27,515 nt of DNA from Patescibacteria group bacterium (GCA_038062155.1 JBBTXU010000006.1:1-27515), one strand, 5' to 3'. Positions 1 through 9,152 are shown, numbered from the stretch's first letter. The notes: generated from the sequence alone by a model not told the origin. A program made the numbers and translations.

Positions 1-436
1 GCCCGGGAGAAATCGTTGTTCCCCGTATGCTATTGCTCCATACGATGGTATTGACTGTAACGTTAAACATTTTGGCAATCTGTGAAAGAGAGTCGCCGTC
101 CCGAACAACATAGAGACTGATTTGGTCGCTTGACGGCTTGTCATCAAAACCCTCATTCGGACCGCTCTCCGAGCTAAGCGCTTTGCCATCTACAACAATA
201 ATGTCCCCTCCACCGCTTGCTGGATTAAACGTTGGGTTGATAACACCCTGAAGAATGGCCATATTTTGGAGGTTTTCTTGTTTTTCAAAGGATTTCACCG
301 AACTTGATAGAAAAGGGAAAATAGCCCCGTATACAAGGCCGGGAGTGACTAAAGTTAAGGCAAGAAAAACAGAGGTTCTTTTAGAAAACCCTGAAAATAA
401 GCCTTTTTTCTCTCGGAACTTCTTTTGTAAACTCAA
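1..436 (-). CDS. LysM peptidoglycan-binding protein, probably LysM/M23-type (C-terminal part runs off the left edge)
   Basis: Manual minus-strand translation, not in the ORF track: ...VFLALTLVTPGLVYGAIFPFL (hydrophobic anchor)...NLQNMAILQG...ISLYVVRDGDSLSQIAKMFNVTVNTIVWSNSIRGTTISPG, a LysM pattern. The frame is open from a stop near 482 to the window edge. The TTG start at 436 is a guess; any M23 domain would lie outside the window. Confidence 0.8.
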   Translation of the reverse strand, partial: MSLQKKFREKKGLFSGFSKRTSVFLALTLVTPGLVYGAIFPFLSSSVKSFEKQENLQNMAILQGVINPTFNPASGGGDIIVVDGKALSSESGPNEGFDDKPSSDQISLYVVRDGDSLSQIAKMFNVTVNTIVWSNSIRGTTISPG

Positions 437-771
437 AAGAGAAGAACCGGGGTCTTGTGAAGTAGATAAAATAAGCCTAATTTAAATGATAATTCAGCCT
501 TTTCAGAAATAAATGGCTCTGTTGAGCCATGGTAAAATCGGTATATCGTATTTATCTAACCTCCTAATTATAGGTCCGCCAGGACCTAAGTCAACCAGAA
601 AAGATAGGGAGTGTGCATAGCCTAATCCAGCAAATTTTATACAAAAAAGAGGGTTTCAACAGGGTCACGTGTTATAGTTTCTTTTATTACGACAAGCGAG
701 TACGCTGTGGACACATTCAGAATGTGGACATTACGTACGAGTCGTCGTCGCAACAAAGGTAATCCTTTATC

Positions 772-2730
772 ATGGATACTTCTCACCTAAATCTTCTTAA
801 TGAGCAACAAAAGGAAGCGGTTCTCATGATGGAAGGACCGCTTCTTATCCTCGCCGGAGCAGGGTCGGGAAAAACAAAGACGATTACAACCAGAATTCTC
901 CATCTCATTAAAGCGGGAATTGACCCTTCTTCAATACTGGCAATCACCTTTACCAATAAAGCGGCTAAAGAGATGCGAGAAAGGGTAATGAGAGCAGTAG
1001 AAGAGGACAAGTCTCTTAATTTCCCCGTGTCGTTCCGCGAACGACCGTTTGTGAGTACGTTTCACTACCTCGGGGTCCACGTCATAAAGGAAAATCACGC
1101 TTTATTAGGACTTCCTCGTCACTTTAAAATATTTGATGCGGGAGATTCGCGCCGGGCAGTACGGGAAGCGATTGAAGCAGCCGGTTGGAGTGGCAAGGAA
1201 ATGGATTCTGGGAAAATAGCGAACAGTATTTCTCGAGAAAAAGGAGAAGGAAAGACATTGGAGCAATATGTAGAGAGAGAAAAGGGAGGGTTTTACGAAG
1301 AAGTGATTCAAAAAGTCTGGCCTCACTATGAAAGAATCCTTCGTGAAGAAAAAGGTCTTGATTTCGACGACTTACTTCTCAAGTCGCTCTCGCTTTTAAG
1401 ACGTCCTGAAATAGGAGAGCGCTACCGAAACATCTGGAAGTATATTCATGTTGACGAGTATCAGGATACAAACGGCGTCCAGTATTCCATGACTCGTCTC
1501 CTGACGGGAGAACGGCACAACATTTGTGTTGTGGGCGATATCGACCAGAATATCTATACCTGGAGAGGCGCGCGGCTTGAACACATGTTTCAATTTGAAC
1601 GCGACTATCCGGAGGCAAAAATCATAGTCCTTGAAGAGAATTATCGCTCAAGCAAAACTATTCTCTCGGCGGCAAACACGATTATAGAAAAAAACACTCT
1701 TCGGAAAGAAAAGAACTTGTTCACAAAAAATGACGAGGGAGAAAAAATCTCCGTGTTCAAAGCGGATAATGAGCGCGACGAAGCGGTCTTTGTAGCCACC
1801 CGCACGGAAGCACTCATCAAACGGGGTACCCCACCGCAGGAAATTGCGGTCCTCTACCGAGCAAACTTTCAGTCTCGAGCGCTTGAAGAAGTGTTTCTTT
1901 CGCGCGGGATTCCGTATCAGCTCCTTGGGGTAAAGTTTTTTGAGCGCAAAGAAATCAAAGATGCTCTCTCTTTTGTCCGACTCGCGCTTGACCCTGAGAG
2001 CGTGAGCGACTTAAAGCGAGTTATTAATGTCCCTGCCCGCGGTATTGGAAAAATAACGCTACTTAAAATTGTTGAGAAAAAAGAATCGACTCTCTCGCCA
2101 AAAATCCAAGCAAAAATTGAGGAATTTAGGAAGATTATTACCGATATGCGCGGGGCTTTTTTAGCTCTTCCTCCCTCGCAAGCAGTGCTTTTCCTTATTG
2201 AGCACACAGGACTTAAACGACTCTATGAAAAAGGGGAAGAGAAAGATGATGAGAAATTGGAAAACCTTAAAGAGCTGGTATCGTTTGCTACGCGCTACGA
2301 CAATCTAGCCCCGCAGGAGGGAATAGAACTTCTACTTGCGGACGCAGCATTGACGACAGATCAAGACAATCTCGAAGTAAAAAATAATTCTGTTAAGCTT
2401 ATGACAGTGCACGCCTCCAAAGGCCTTGAATTTGACTGTGTGTTTATTTCTGGACTCGAGGAAGGATTATTCCCTCATGAGGGGGACGAAGGAGCAAGTC
2501 AGGAAGAGGTGGAGGAAGAAAGGAGGTTGTTTTATGTTGCTCTCACTCGCGCCCGAAAAAAAGTATTCCTTTCCTGGGCCGAAACACGAATGATTTTCGG
2601 CACAACATCCGTCTCTGCCCCTTCTCAATTCATCACTGATATTGAAGCAAAATATATCGAAAATGAGGTGTGGTCGACAGACGAGAAGAGGAGGCGAGGG
2701 ATTGAAGCTATTTTATCAATTGATTTCTAA
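772..2730 (+). CDS. pcrA: UvrD/PcrA-family SF1A ATP-dependent DNA helicase
   Basis: Motif I LAGAGSGKT, AITFTNKAA, motif II VDEYQDTN, VGDIDQNIYTWRGA, LEENYRS, LMTVHASKGLEF, EEERRLFYVALTRA. Confidence 0.97.
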   Translation: MDTSHLNLLNEQQKEAVLMMEGPLLILAGAGSGKTKTITTRILHLIKAGIDPSSILAITFTNKAAKEMRERVMRAVEEDKSLNFPVSFRERPFVSTFHYLGVHVIKENHALLGLPRHFKIFDAGDSRRAVREAIEAAGWSGKEMDSGKIANSISREKGEGKTLEQYVEREKGGFYEEVIQKVWPHYERILREEKGLDFDDLLLKSLSLLRRPEIGERYRNIWKYIHVDEYQDTNGVQYSMTRLLTGERHNICVVGDIDQNIYTWRGARLEHMFQFERDYPEAKIIVLEENYRSSKTILSAANTIIEKNTLRKEKNLFTKNDEGEKISVFKADNERDEAVFVATRTEALIKRGTPPQEIAVLYRANFQSRALEEVFLSRGIPYQLLGVKFFERKEIKDALSFVRLALDPESVSDLKRVINVPARGIGKITLLKIVEKKESTLSPKIQAKIEEFRKIITDMRGAFLALPPSQAVLFLIEHTGLKRLYEKGEEKDDEKLENLKELVSFATRYDNLAPQEGIELLLADAALTTDQDNLEVKNNSVKLMTVHASKGLEFDCVFISGLEEGLFPHEGDEGASQEEVEEERRLFYVALTRARKKVFLSWAETRMIFGTTSVSAPSQFITDIEAKYIENEVWSTDEKRRRGIEAILSIDF

Positions 2731-2737
2731 TTACTTG

Positions 2738-2850
2738 TCCCGTTAGAAACTGCGGTCACAACAATTACATTATGAGGAAAGAAAGCCGATTATCTCTTTA
2801 CAAGAAAAATAAGTTCGGGACGGGAAAACCGCGAATTGTTTCTAATGGGA
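2738..2850. repeat. 113-bp element with 13-bp terminal inverted repeats (MITE/REP-like)
   Basis: TCCCGTTAGAAAC (2738-2750) pairs with GTTTCTAATGGGA (2838-2850): 12 Watson-Crick pairs plus 1 G:U. Inner arms TGCGGT/ACCGCG also pair. The last base is the A of the likely rsmA ATG. Confidence 0.65.
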
Positions 2851-3647
2851 TGAGACCCAAAAAATCTCTCGGCCAGCATTTCTTACGCTCCAAAAGGGCA
2901 TTGGAGAAAATAGTTGATGCCGCGCATATACAAGAAGGGGAAACCGTGTTTGAAATCGGATCGGGAGAGGGGGTATTAACTAATTTACTTTTACAAAAGG
3001 CACGGGTAGTTGCGGTTGAAACAGACGCTCGTCTGTGTGAGAAGCTTCGAGATATTTATGCGAAAGAGATTTCGGAAGGAAAATTTATTCTGATTGAAAA
3101 AGACGTGCAGGAAATAGAAAATATTTCGGAAATTCTGCCCGAAGGTTACGTACTGGTCGCAAATATACCGTATTATCTAAGCGGTTATATTTTGAGGCGC
3201 TTTATTGGGGGAGAATATCCTCCGAAAAGAGTTGTGTTACTTCTCCAAAAAGAAGTGGTGAAACGAATTATTGCCCGCAATGGAAAAGAAAGCATTTTAT
3301 CAATAAGTATTACGGCCTACGGGGTGCCAAAAATGGCGGGAGTTGTGCCTAAAAAGGCCTTTGCTCCGGCCCCAAAGGTTGATTCGGCAATTCTTTCAAT
3401 TGAGCATATATCGCGAGATTTTTTTAATACCGTATCAGAGAAGGTGTTCTTTGAAGTTGTTAAAGCTGGATTTTCACAGAAAAGAAAGATGTTGGGAAAC
3501 AATCTTAAACGCTATGGCAAAGAAGAGTGCGAAACCGCGTGCTTCGCATGCAACATTAAGGCAGAAGAGCGTGCTGAAGACATTGCGCTTTCGGATTGGA
3601 AATGTTTAGCGGAGCATTTAGGGGTGAGTGGTACAATAAAGTCATGA
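2850..3647 (+). CDS. rsmA: 16S rRNA m6,2A1518/1519 dimethyltransferase RsmA/KsgA
   Basis: KKSLGQHFL, SAM-binding EIGSGEG, VANIPYY, LLQKEV, FAPAPKVDSA, GFSQKRKML. The start was moved from 2772 to ATG 2850 (MRPKKSLGQ) because the extra N-terminus is encoded by the inverted-repeat element. Confidence 0.95.
   Translation: MRPKKSLGQHFLRSKRALEKIVDAAHIQEGETVFEIGSGEGVLTNLLLQKARVVAVETDARLCEKLRDIYAKEISEGKFILIEKDVQEIENISEILPEGYVLVANIPYYLSGYILRRFIGGEYPPKRVVLLLQKEVVKRIIARNGKESILSISITAYGVPKMAGVVPKKAFAPAPKVDSAILSIEHISRDFFNTVSEKVFFEVVKAGFSQKRKMLGNNLKRYGKEECETACFACNIKAEERAEDIALSDWKCLAEHLGVSGTIKS
3629..3637 (+). promoter_or_regulatory. Extended -10 promoter element (TGgTACAAT) 6 nt before ATG 3644
   Basis: TG-n-TACAAT followed by 6 nt and then ATG; leaderless geometry. 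Confidence 0.55.
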
Positions 3648-4534
3648 AAGGAGTGAGGACATATATACTTCTTGGCGCACTTGTTCTTATTGGAATAATT
3701 ATTCTTGGTGTTTCATTCGGACGAAGTACCTATATTGCGAAAAAAAATCCGCTTGGGTTTTTGATTTCTCAAAAAACACTTGAAGATAGAGATGGTGATG
3801 GCCTTAAAGATTGGGAAGAAGCTCTGTGGAAAACTTCTCTTGATAACCCCGACACAGATGGAGATGGAACTCCTGATGGAGAAGAGGTAAACAAAGGAAG
3901 AAATCCTCTCGTACCCGGACCGAACGACCCCATGGAGAACGTTGCGCAAGAAGCAAATACTACAGAAAAAATAACGGCTACTGACCAACTGGCAAGGGAT
4001 TTATTTTCCCTCTATGTCGCAAAGAAAAAACTTGGAGAAAGCGTAAGCGAAGCGGACCAGAACGCTTTAATCAAAAGATTCTTTTCAGGAAGCGAAACGC
4101 TTCAAAATGCCCGTGTATACAACACAACCGATATACAGGTTGCGCAAAACACAGATGCTAAAACATACGCCAATGCGGTTATGGAGATTTTAACAAAGGA
4201 GGGTAATGTTATGAGCACTCAAGATGCTGTAGACATAGTACAAAAAGCGCTGGAGACCGAAGACGAGAACGAACTTAAAAAACTTGATGTTCTTGTCATC
4301 GCCTATCAAAAAATTACGGGAAAACTGCTTCTGGTGCCCACACCGCCCCAAACTGTGGGACTCCACCTCTCTTTGATTAACTCATTTGAGAGTTTGTCTG
4401 AAGATATCGTAGCGATACAAAAAATATTTAATGACTCGCTTCAGGGACTTTTCTATTTAAAGCGCTATGTGATTACCTCCATACCCACTGCGTCAAAAGC
4501 AGTGGGAGAAATCACCAAGCTTGTCGCTCCGTAG
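3644..4534 (+). CDS. Membrane-anchored protein with thrombospondin type-3-like Ca-binding repeats
   Basis: N-terminal TM (YILLGALVLIGIIILGVSF), then DRDGDGLKDWEE...DNPDTDGDGTPDGEEVNKGRNP, then a helical C-terminal domain. ATG 3644 overlaps the rsmA stop (ATGA) and is preferred over 3596. Confidence 0.75.
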   Translation: MKGVRTYILLGALVLIGIIILGVSFGRSTYIAKKNPLGFLISQKTLEDRDGDGLKDWEEALWKTSLDNPDTDGDGTPDGEEVNKGRNPLVPGPNDPMENVAQEANTTEKITATDQLARDLFSLYVAKKKLGESVSEADQNALIKRFFSGSETLQNARVYNTTDIQVAQNTDAKTYANAVMEILTKEGNVMSTQDAVDIVQKALETEDENELKKLDVLVIAYQKITGKLLLVPTPPQTVGLHLSLINSFESLSEDIVAIQKIFNDSLQGLFYLKRYVITSIPTASKAVGEITKLVAP

Positions 4535-4629
4535 AGCTTCCTTTCAACAGGTACGAGGTGAATAATCTTTACCAGTACTATATAATTGAGTGTGAGAGCC
4601 GAGGCACGCGGCGCCCATCGGCGTTTAAT

Positions 4630-5415
4630 ATGCATATACATAAGAAGTCAGTACTTTTTTTCATCATCGCAGTGCTCGTCTCGGGAACTTTCACCGTTGC
4701 CCCGCAAAAGGTGCACGCGCAATTCGGCGTTCTTGTTATTGACGACCTTTCTCGTTGGCTTAAACAAGCCCTTGACGCCGCAGGGTGGAATGTAGCAAAA
4801 ACCATCCTGGGTCAAATGGAGGGAAGTATTCTCCAGTGGGCCGCGTCAGGATTTGATGGCAATCCAGTATTTGTTCAAAATCCAGAACTCTATCTTAGAA
4901 ATCTTGGCGATTTCACCGCAAATAATTTTATTAGCATGGTGGGTCCTGCTGTCTACCCTTCCGCACAGGCACCAGTTCAACAAGCGCTCTCTCAAAAATA
5001 TAATCAGAGTATCCGTGAAGTATTAACCTGTCCAGAAACAGACAACGAGGCGTTTTTGGACGGCGATTTTTCCGCAGGTGGTCTCGACAAACTTTTTTTG
5101 ATTAGCCAAAATCCTCAATGCACCGCGCCAGGAGCTTATGAAATAGCTCGTGAGATGCAGATTAATGAAGTCGCAAACAGGCAAGCGGAAGAAATAGCGT
5201 TACTTGACCAAGGACAGGGGTTCTTGCCATTAAGAGACGCAGAAGGAAATATAGAAACCCCAGGATCAATCATCAACAAACAAGTTAACGATATTTTAGG
5301 GTCGCCAACCCGACAGCTTGAAAACGCTGACTCGTTTGAAGAACTGATTGCTTCTTTTGTAATCAATCTATCACAAAGAGTTCTCTCTGAAGGGATTAGT
5401 GATTTAGGGATTTAG
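4630..5415 (+). CDS. Exported/membrane-anchored hypothetical protein of the VirB-like cluster
   Basis: Signal-peptide-like N-terminus (MHIHKKSVLFFIIAVLVSGTFTVAPQKVHA-Q) and a helical body (WNVAKTILGQMEGSILQWAASGFDGNPVFVQNP; TPGSIINKQVNDILGS). ATG 4630 is preferred over GTG 4558. Confidence 0.65.
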   Translation: MHIHKKSVLFFIIAVLVSGTFTVAPQKVHAQFGVLVIDDLSRWLKQALDAAGWNVAKTILGQMEGSILQWAASGFDGNPVFVQNPELYLRNLGDFTANNFISMVGPAVYPSAQAPVQQALSQKYNQSIREVLTCPETDNEAFLDGDFSAGGLDKLFLISQNPQCTAPGAYEIAREMQINEVANRQAEEIALLDQGQGFLPLRDAEGNIETPGSIINKQVNDILGSPTRQLENADSFEELIASFVINLSQRVLSEGISDLGI

Positions 5416-5428
5416 CGGTTTTTAGAAT

Positions 5429-7459
5429 ATGTACCATTTTTTTTCTAAAAAAAATTACATTCACGGGAAAAAAATAGCATTCGTACTGCTCATTGCGCTG
5501 GTATGCGTGAGTGCACTGCCTATGGTGGTGCACGCAGCCGACCAAAAAACTCTTGATTCCAAATCTCATTCAGAACCGACAGGGTGGGTTGCAAAAATAG
5601 CAGCTGGAGTTTTTGATGCGCTAATGAGTTTTTTAAGCATTTTTAGTGGTTTGTTGCTTGGATTCACGGGGTTTTTGCTTTGGCTTTCGGGTAACTTGCT
5701 CGACGCCGTACTTGAAACATTTCTTGTCGGCATGCCTCGGCTGGTCAACAGCATAACTGGGATTGTCATCGCCTGGGCAGTACTACGCGACATGGGGAAT
5801 ATTTTCTTTATTTTCATACTCCTCTATGCCGCCATAGGAAAGATTCTTGACCTCTCGGGCGTGAATACGGAAAAAATCCTTCGCAACGTAATAATTCTCG
5901 CGTTGCTGATAAATTTCAGTCTCTTTTTTACGCGAGTTCTTATAGATGTTTCAAATAATCTCTCTGTCGCTTTTTACAACAAAGCACTGACTACGCAGAT
6001 TCAGGGAAAACCTGCAGGAAATCTCGCTTCGGCATTTCTGGAAGTGCTTGACCTTCAAACAATATTTAAGGCTCAAACAGGGTCAGATATTCTTGCCCAA
6101 TCCGGAGCGCGCAAGTTTACTGTGGGAATAATGGGGTCGGTGTTTAATCTTGTGACTACCTTCGTATTTTTCACAATATCTTTCTTTTTCATATCCCGTT
6201 TTATCGTACTCGTTATCCTTATGATTCTTTCGGGTGTTGCCTTCGCGGCGATGGCCCTTCCTAAAGACAAGTATTCAGGGGGATGGTGGGAAGCACTATG
6301 GAAAGAACTTATTTTCGCTCCCGTCTTTTTTGCCATGATGTGGGTAACAATCGTCGTGCTTGACGGAATTGTGGGTCAAATTACTTTAGTTTCTTCTACT
6401 GGGAGAATACCCCCCCTATCAAACCTTTTCGGTACGGGACAGGGGGCGTCAGTGGTCCCCACAAGCGATGCAGGAATTATTGTCATCAACTTCATTGTTG
6501 TTATTGGTTTTATACTGGCGTCTCTGATTGTTTCCCGAAAAATCGCGGGAACTACCAGCTCAGGAGTAAGTAAGTTCCTTGGAGGCGCCGTGTTTGGGGC
6601 AACTTCGTGGGCAGGAAGAAGATTTATTGGTGGCATCGCGGCAAACAGAATTTTGAATAACGAGAATCTCAAGGGCAAGGCCACTGAAGAAAAGGCTTCG
6701 GTTGGCAAGTTTGGTGCTCAATTTGCTCTGTGGGGTGCAGACAAAGCGCGAAAATCGTCTTTTGATTACCGTGCAACAAAAATAGCGGGCGGGTTCGGGA
6801 CAAAGGAGCTATCAGGACTTGACCTTGGTAAAACAACTGGGAAAGGCGGGTTTGAAGCATACCAAAAGGAGCAGATCAAAAAGGAAGAAGGATATGCAAA
6901 ATTGCTCAAACCCGCCGGATACGATAAGGCTTTGGGTGAAGTTAGCAGTCTTGAGAAAGAACTTAGAGAGAAGAAAGAGGAAGGGTCAGAAAAGAAAATA
7001 AAGTCAGAAATAAAAGAGGCGCTTAAAGAAGACGAAAATCTTAACTCTATTCGTGAAGAACTGAAACAGGCGCGTTCGATAGAACCGGCACTCCAGGACA
7101 CAAGCAAGATAGAGAAACTCCAGAGGGAAGAAAAAGAGCTGGTTGAAAACCTTAAGAAGGAAACGAGAGAGAAAATTGAATCAGCGGTAAAAGCTGGAAC
7201 TGGGGAAATTTTGGAGAAGTTGAGAGAGCCAAAAGGAGTAGTTAACGTAGGGAAACAAAGAAGTGAGTCATACCAAGCGCAAATTGAGAAACGCTGGTGG
7301 TCAACAATACGAAAGCAAAGGGCAGAAGCCGTAGAAAAAGCTTTCAAAGAAAAAGGTAAGGAAGAAAAAGCTCTTGAAACTCTGAGAAACGCTCTCAAGG
7401 AGGAAAAGGGAGAGGGAAAAGAGAAAGAGGAAAAAAAGGAAGAATCTGAAAAATCTTAA
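5429..7459 (+). CDS. VirB6/TrbL-like polytopic membrane protein with a long Lys/Glu-rich C-terminal tail
   Basis: Many hydrophobic segments (WAVLRDMGNIFFIFILLYAAI; LLINFSLFFTRVLID; FISRFIVLVILMILSGVAFAAMALP; WWEALWKELIFAPVFFAMMW) followed by about 200 aa of charged coiled-coil-like sequence; lies upstream of PrgI/VirB4. The VirB6 label rests on topology and context. Confidence 0.7.
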   Translation: MYHFFSKKNYIHGKKIAFVLLIALVCVSALPMVVHAADQKTLDSKSHSEPTGWVAKIAAGVFDALMSFLSIFSGLLLGFTGFLLWLSGNLLDAVLETFLVGMPRLVNSITGIVIAWAVLRDMGNIFFIFILLYAAIGKILDLSGVNTEKILRNVIILALLINFSLFFTRVLIDVSNNLSVAFYNKALTTQIQGKPAGNLASAFLEVLDLQTIFKAQTGSDILAQSGARKFTVGIMGSVFNLVTTFVFFTISFFFISRFIVLVILMILSGVAFAAMALPKDKYSGGWWEALWKELIFAPVFFAMMWVTIVVLDGIVGQITLVSSTGRIPPLSNLFGTGQGASVVPTSDAGIIVINFIVVIGFILASLIVSRKIAGTTSSGVSKFLGGAVFGATSWAGRRFIGGIAANRILNNENLKGKATEEKASVGKFGAQFALWGADKARKSSFDYRATKIAGGFGTKELSGLDLGKTTGKGGFEAYQKEQIKKEEGYAKLLKPAGYDKALGEVSSLEKELREKKEEGSEKKIKSEIKEALKEDENLNSIREELKQARSIEPALQDTSKIEKLQREEKELVENLKKETREKIESAVKAGTGEILEKLREPKGVVNVGKQRSESYQAQIEKRWWSTIRKQRAEAVEKAFKEKGKEEKALETLRNALKEEKGEGKEKEEKKEESEKS

Positions 7460-8023
7460 ATGGATAATATAAAGGATATAATCGGAGCGCAATATACAAA
7501 ACTTCCTAGTGAAGTGAAAAATTATATTTCCTCGCAGGAATGGGAAAATAAGGTTAAGGCAATTGACCTTAAATATGGACTCTCAGATGAAACTATGGAA
7601 ATACTACATGCTAAAGTAATTTCTGTTCTTCTTTGTCTTGAAAAAATTGAAGATTTCAAGACAAATATCGAGAAAGAACATCTCTTTATCCCACCTCAAA
7701 CAATTGAGGTTATTGCCGATGAAATAATAGCTTCAGTCTTTACTCCAATTAGAGAGGCTCTAGAAAATTTTATCCGCGCGGAAGAGGAAAATGAGCCAAA
7801 AATGGCTGAAAGTGGGGAAATGCTTAAAAAGACAGATGTGTTAAGCGGTATTGAGAACCCCACTCCATTTCCAGCGGTCTTTGAGAAACCCGGGCTTCCA
7901 GCTACCGGTTTTGTTGAGGACAAACTTTCAAAAGTCGTTACTGCTCCTAAAGCGGTCGGGGAAATAAAGACAGCCCCGGAACAGAAATACAGCCAAGACC
8001 CGTATCGCGAGTCCGTTGAATAA
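7460..8023 (+). CDS. Hypothetical cytoplasmic protein (helical N-domain, Pro-rich linker, DPYRES tail)
   Basis: 187-aa ORF starting immediately after the previous stop; no recognised family. Confidence 0.7.
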   Translation: MDNIKDIIGAQYTKLPSEVKNYISSQEWENKVKAIDLKYGLSDETMEILHAKVISVLLCLEKIEDFKTNIEKEHLFIPPQTIEVIADEIIASVFTPIREALENFIRAEEENEPKMAESGEMLKKTDVLSGIENPTPFPAVFEKPGLPATGFVEDKLSKVVTAPKAVGEIKTAPEQKYSQDPYRESVE

Positions 8024-8024
8024 A

Positions 8025-8492
8025 ATGCGATTCCAAGTTCCACAATTCATTGAGGTTGAAGATAAAATCTTCGGGCCCCTGACGTTTAAACAGTTTATCT
8101 ATCTTGCCGGAGGAGCGGGGCTAGTAACGATACTGTGGTCTCTGTTACCGAGCATCCTCGCGGTGCCACTTGCCATTCCTGTCATTGTGGTGTCGGTCGC
8201 TCTTGCCTTCTATCGAGTCAACGGGAAGCCATTTATTCATCTCATGGAATCATTTTTTTCATATGTTACAGGAAGCAGACTCTATATCTGGAAAAAAATC
8301 CCAAAAATAGTTCCGCAGGAAGCAGAAAAGAAAGAGAATGTTTCCTTATTCGTTCCGAAACTCTCGGACTCCAAACTGCGCGACCTCACGTGGAGCTTAG
8401 GGATAAAAGAAAATAGTAACCCGGTAACTCTCGGAAGCAGTTGGAAAGAAAGTAGAGGCACAAGACAGGAGGAAAAGAAGAAGAAGGTATAA
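8025..8492 (+). CDS. PrgI-family (VirB3-like) membrane protein
   Basis: MRFQVPQFIEVEDKIFGPLTFKQFIYL, two TM helices, then RVNGKPFIHLMESFFSY; this is the PrgI pattern. Confidence 0.85.
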   Translation: MRFQVPQFIEVEDKIFGPLTFKQFIYLAGGAGLVTILWSLLPSILAVPLAIPVIVVSVALAFYRVNGKPFIHLMESFFSYVTGSRLYIWKKIPKIVPQEAEKKENVSLFVPKLSDSKLRDLTWSLGIKENSNPVTLGSSWKESRGTRQEEKKKKV

Positions 8493-8500
8493 TAAGGACA

Positions 8501-9151
8501 ATGGCAACGCAAACACAAGCAACGCAGGAATTCATTCCGATACAGGATGTTAAAGATGGCATTGTCATGCTTAAAGACGGGTCGCTTCGAGCTGTCATCA
8601 TGGCCTCTTCTCTTAATTTCGCGCTCAAAGGCGAGGAGGAAAAGAATTCGATTATTTTTCAGTTCCAAAACCTGCTCAATTCTCTTGATTTCTCGCTGCA
8701 AATATTTATTCAGTCTCGCCGACTCGACATCAGGCCTTACCTTGCCCTTATTGAACAGCAGTACAAAGAGCAGGTAAATGACTTGATGAAGATTCAGATT
8801 CAGGAATACATGGGGTTCATTAAGAGTTTCACCGAGAGTACCAATATCATGACAAAGAATTTTTTCATGGTAGTGCCGTATTCTCCCGCATTTCTTCAGG
8901 GGAAAAATATCAGCGACTTGGGACGCTTGGGATTAGGGAAAAGAAAAGAAGATGCGGGAGAGAAGGCGCGCAACACGGAGGCCGCCTTTGAAGAGAATCG
9001 CACCCAGCTTGAACAGCGTGTCTCAATTGTCGAACAAGGACTTACTCGCTGTGGAATCAGGACAGTCATGCTCGGAACCGAGGAAGTAATTGAGCTTTTT
9101 TACAAGATATTTAACCCGGAGGAAACAGAGAGGCCGATAAAAATGAACTGA
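8501..9151 (+). CDS. VirB4/TraC N-terminal-domain-like protein
   Basis: IPIQDVKDGIVMLKDGSLRAVIMASSLNFALKGEEEKNSIIFQFQNLLNSLDFSLQIFIQSRRLDI resembles the N-terminal region of Gram-positive VirB4 (PrgJ/TraE-type) ATPases; sits between PrgI and VirB4. Confidence 0.7.
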   Translation: MATQTQATQEFIPIQDVKDGIVMLKDGSLRAVIMASSLNFALKGEEEKNSIIFQFQNLLNSLDFSLQIFIQSRRLDIRPYLALIEQQYKEQVNDLMKIQIQEYMGFIKSFTESTNIMTKNFFMVVPYSPAFLQGKNISDLGRLGLGKRKEDAGEKARNTEAAFEENRTQLEQRVSIVEQGLTRCGIRTVMLGTEEVIELFYKIFNPEETERPIKMN

Positions 9152-9152
9152 T

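Noticed and set aside
255-485. 76-aa plus-strand ORF
   Set aside because: Antisense shadow of the LysM gene, which has a recognisable domain on the minus strand.
541-640. Possible c-di-AMP (ydaO) riboswitch or SRP RNA before the LysM gene
   Set aside because: Only short fragments (CTAACCTC, GGTCC) resemble these RNAs; the conserved cores and the orientation do not fit.
6766-7398. 210-aa minus-strand Ser/Phe/Leu-rich ORF
   Set aside because: Shadow of the purine-rich Lys/Glu tail of the VirB6-like gene; its composition is what the reverse complement predicts.
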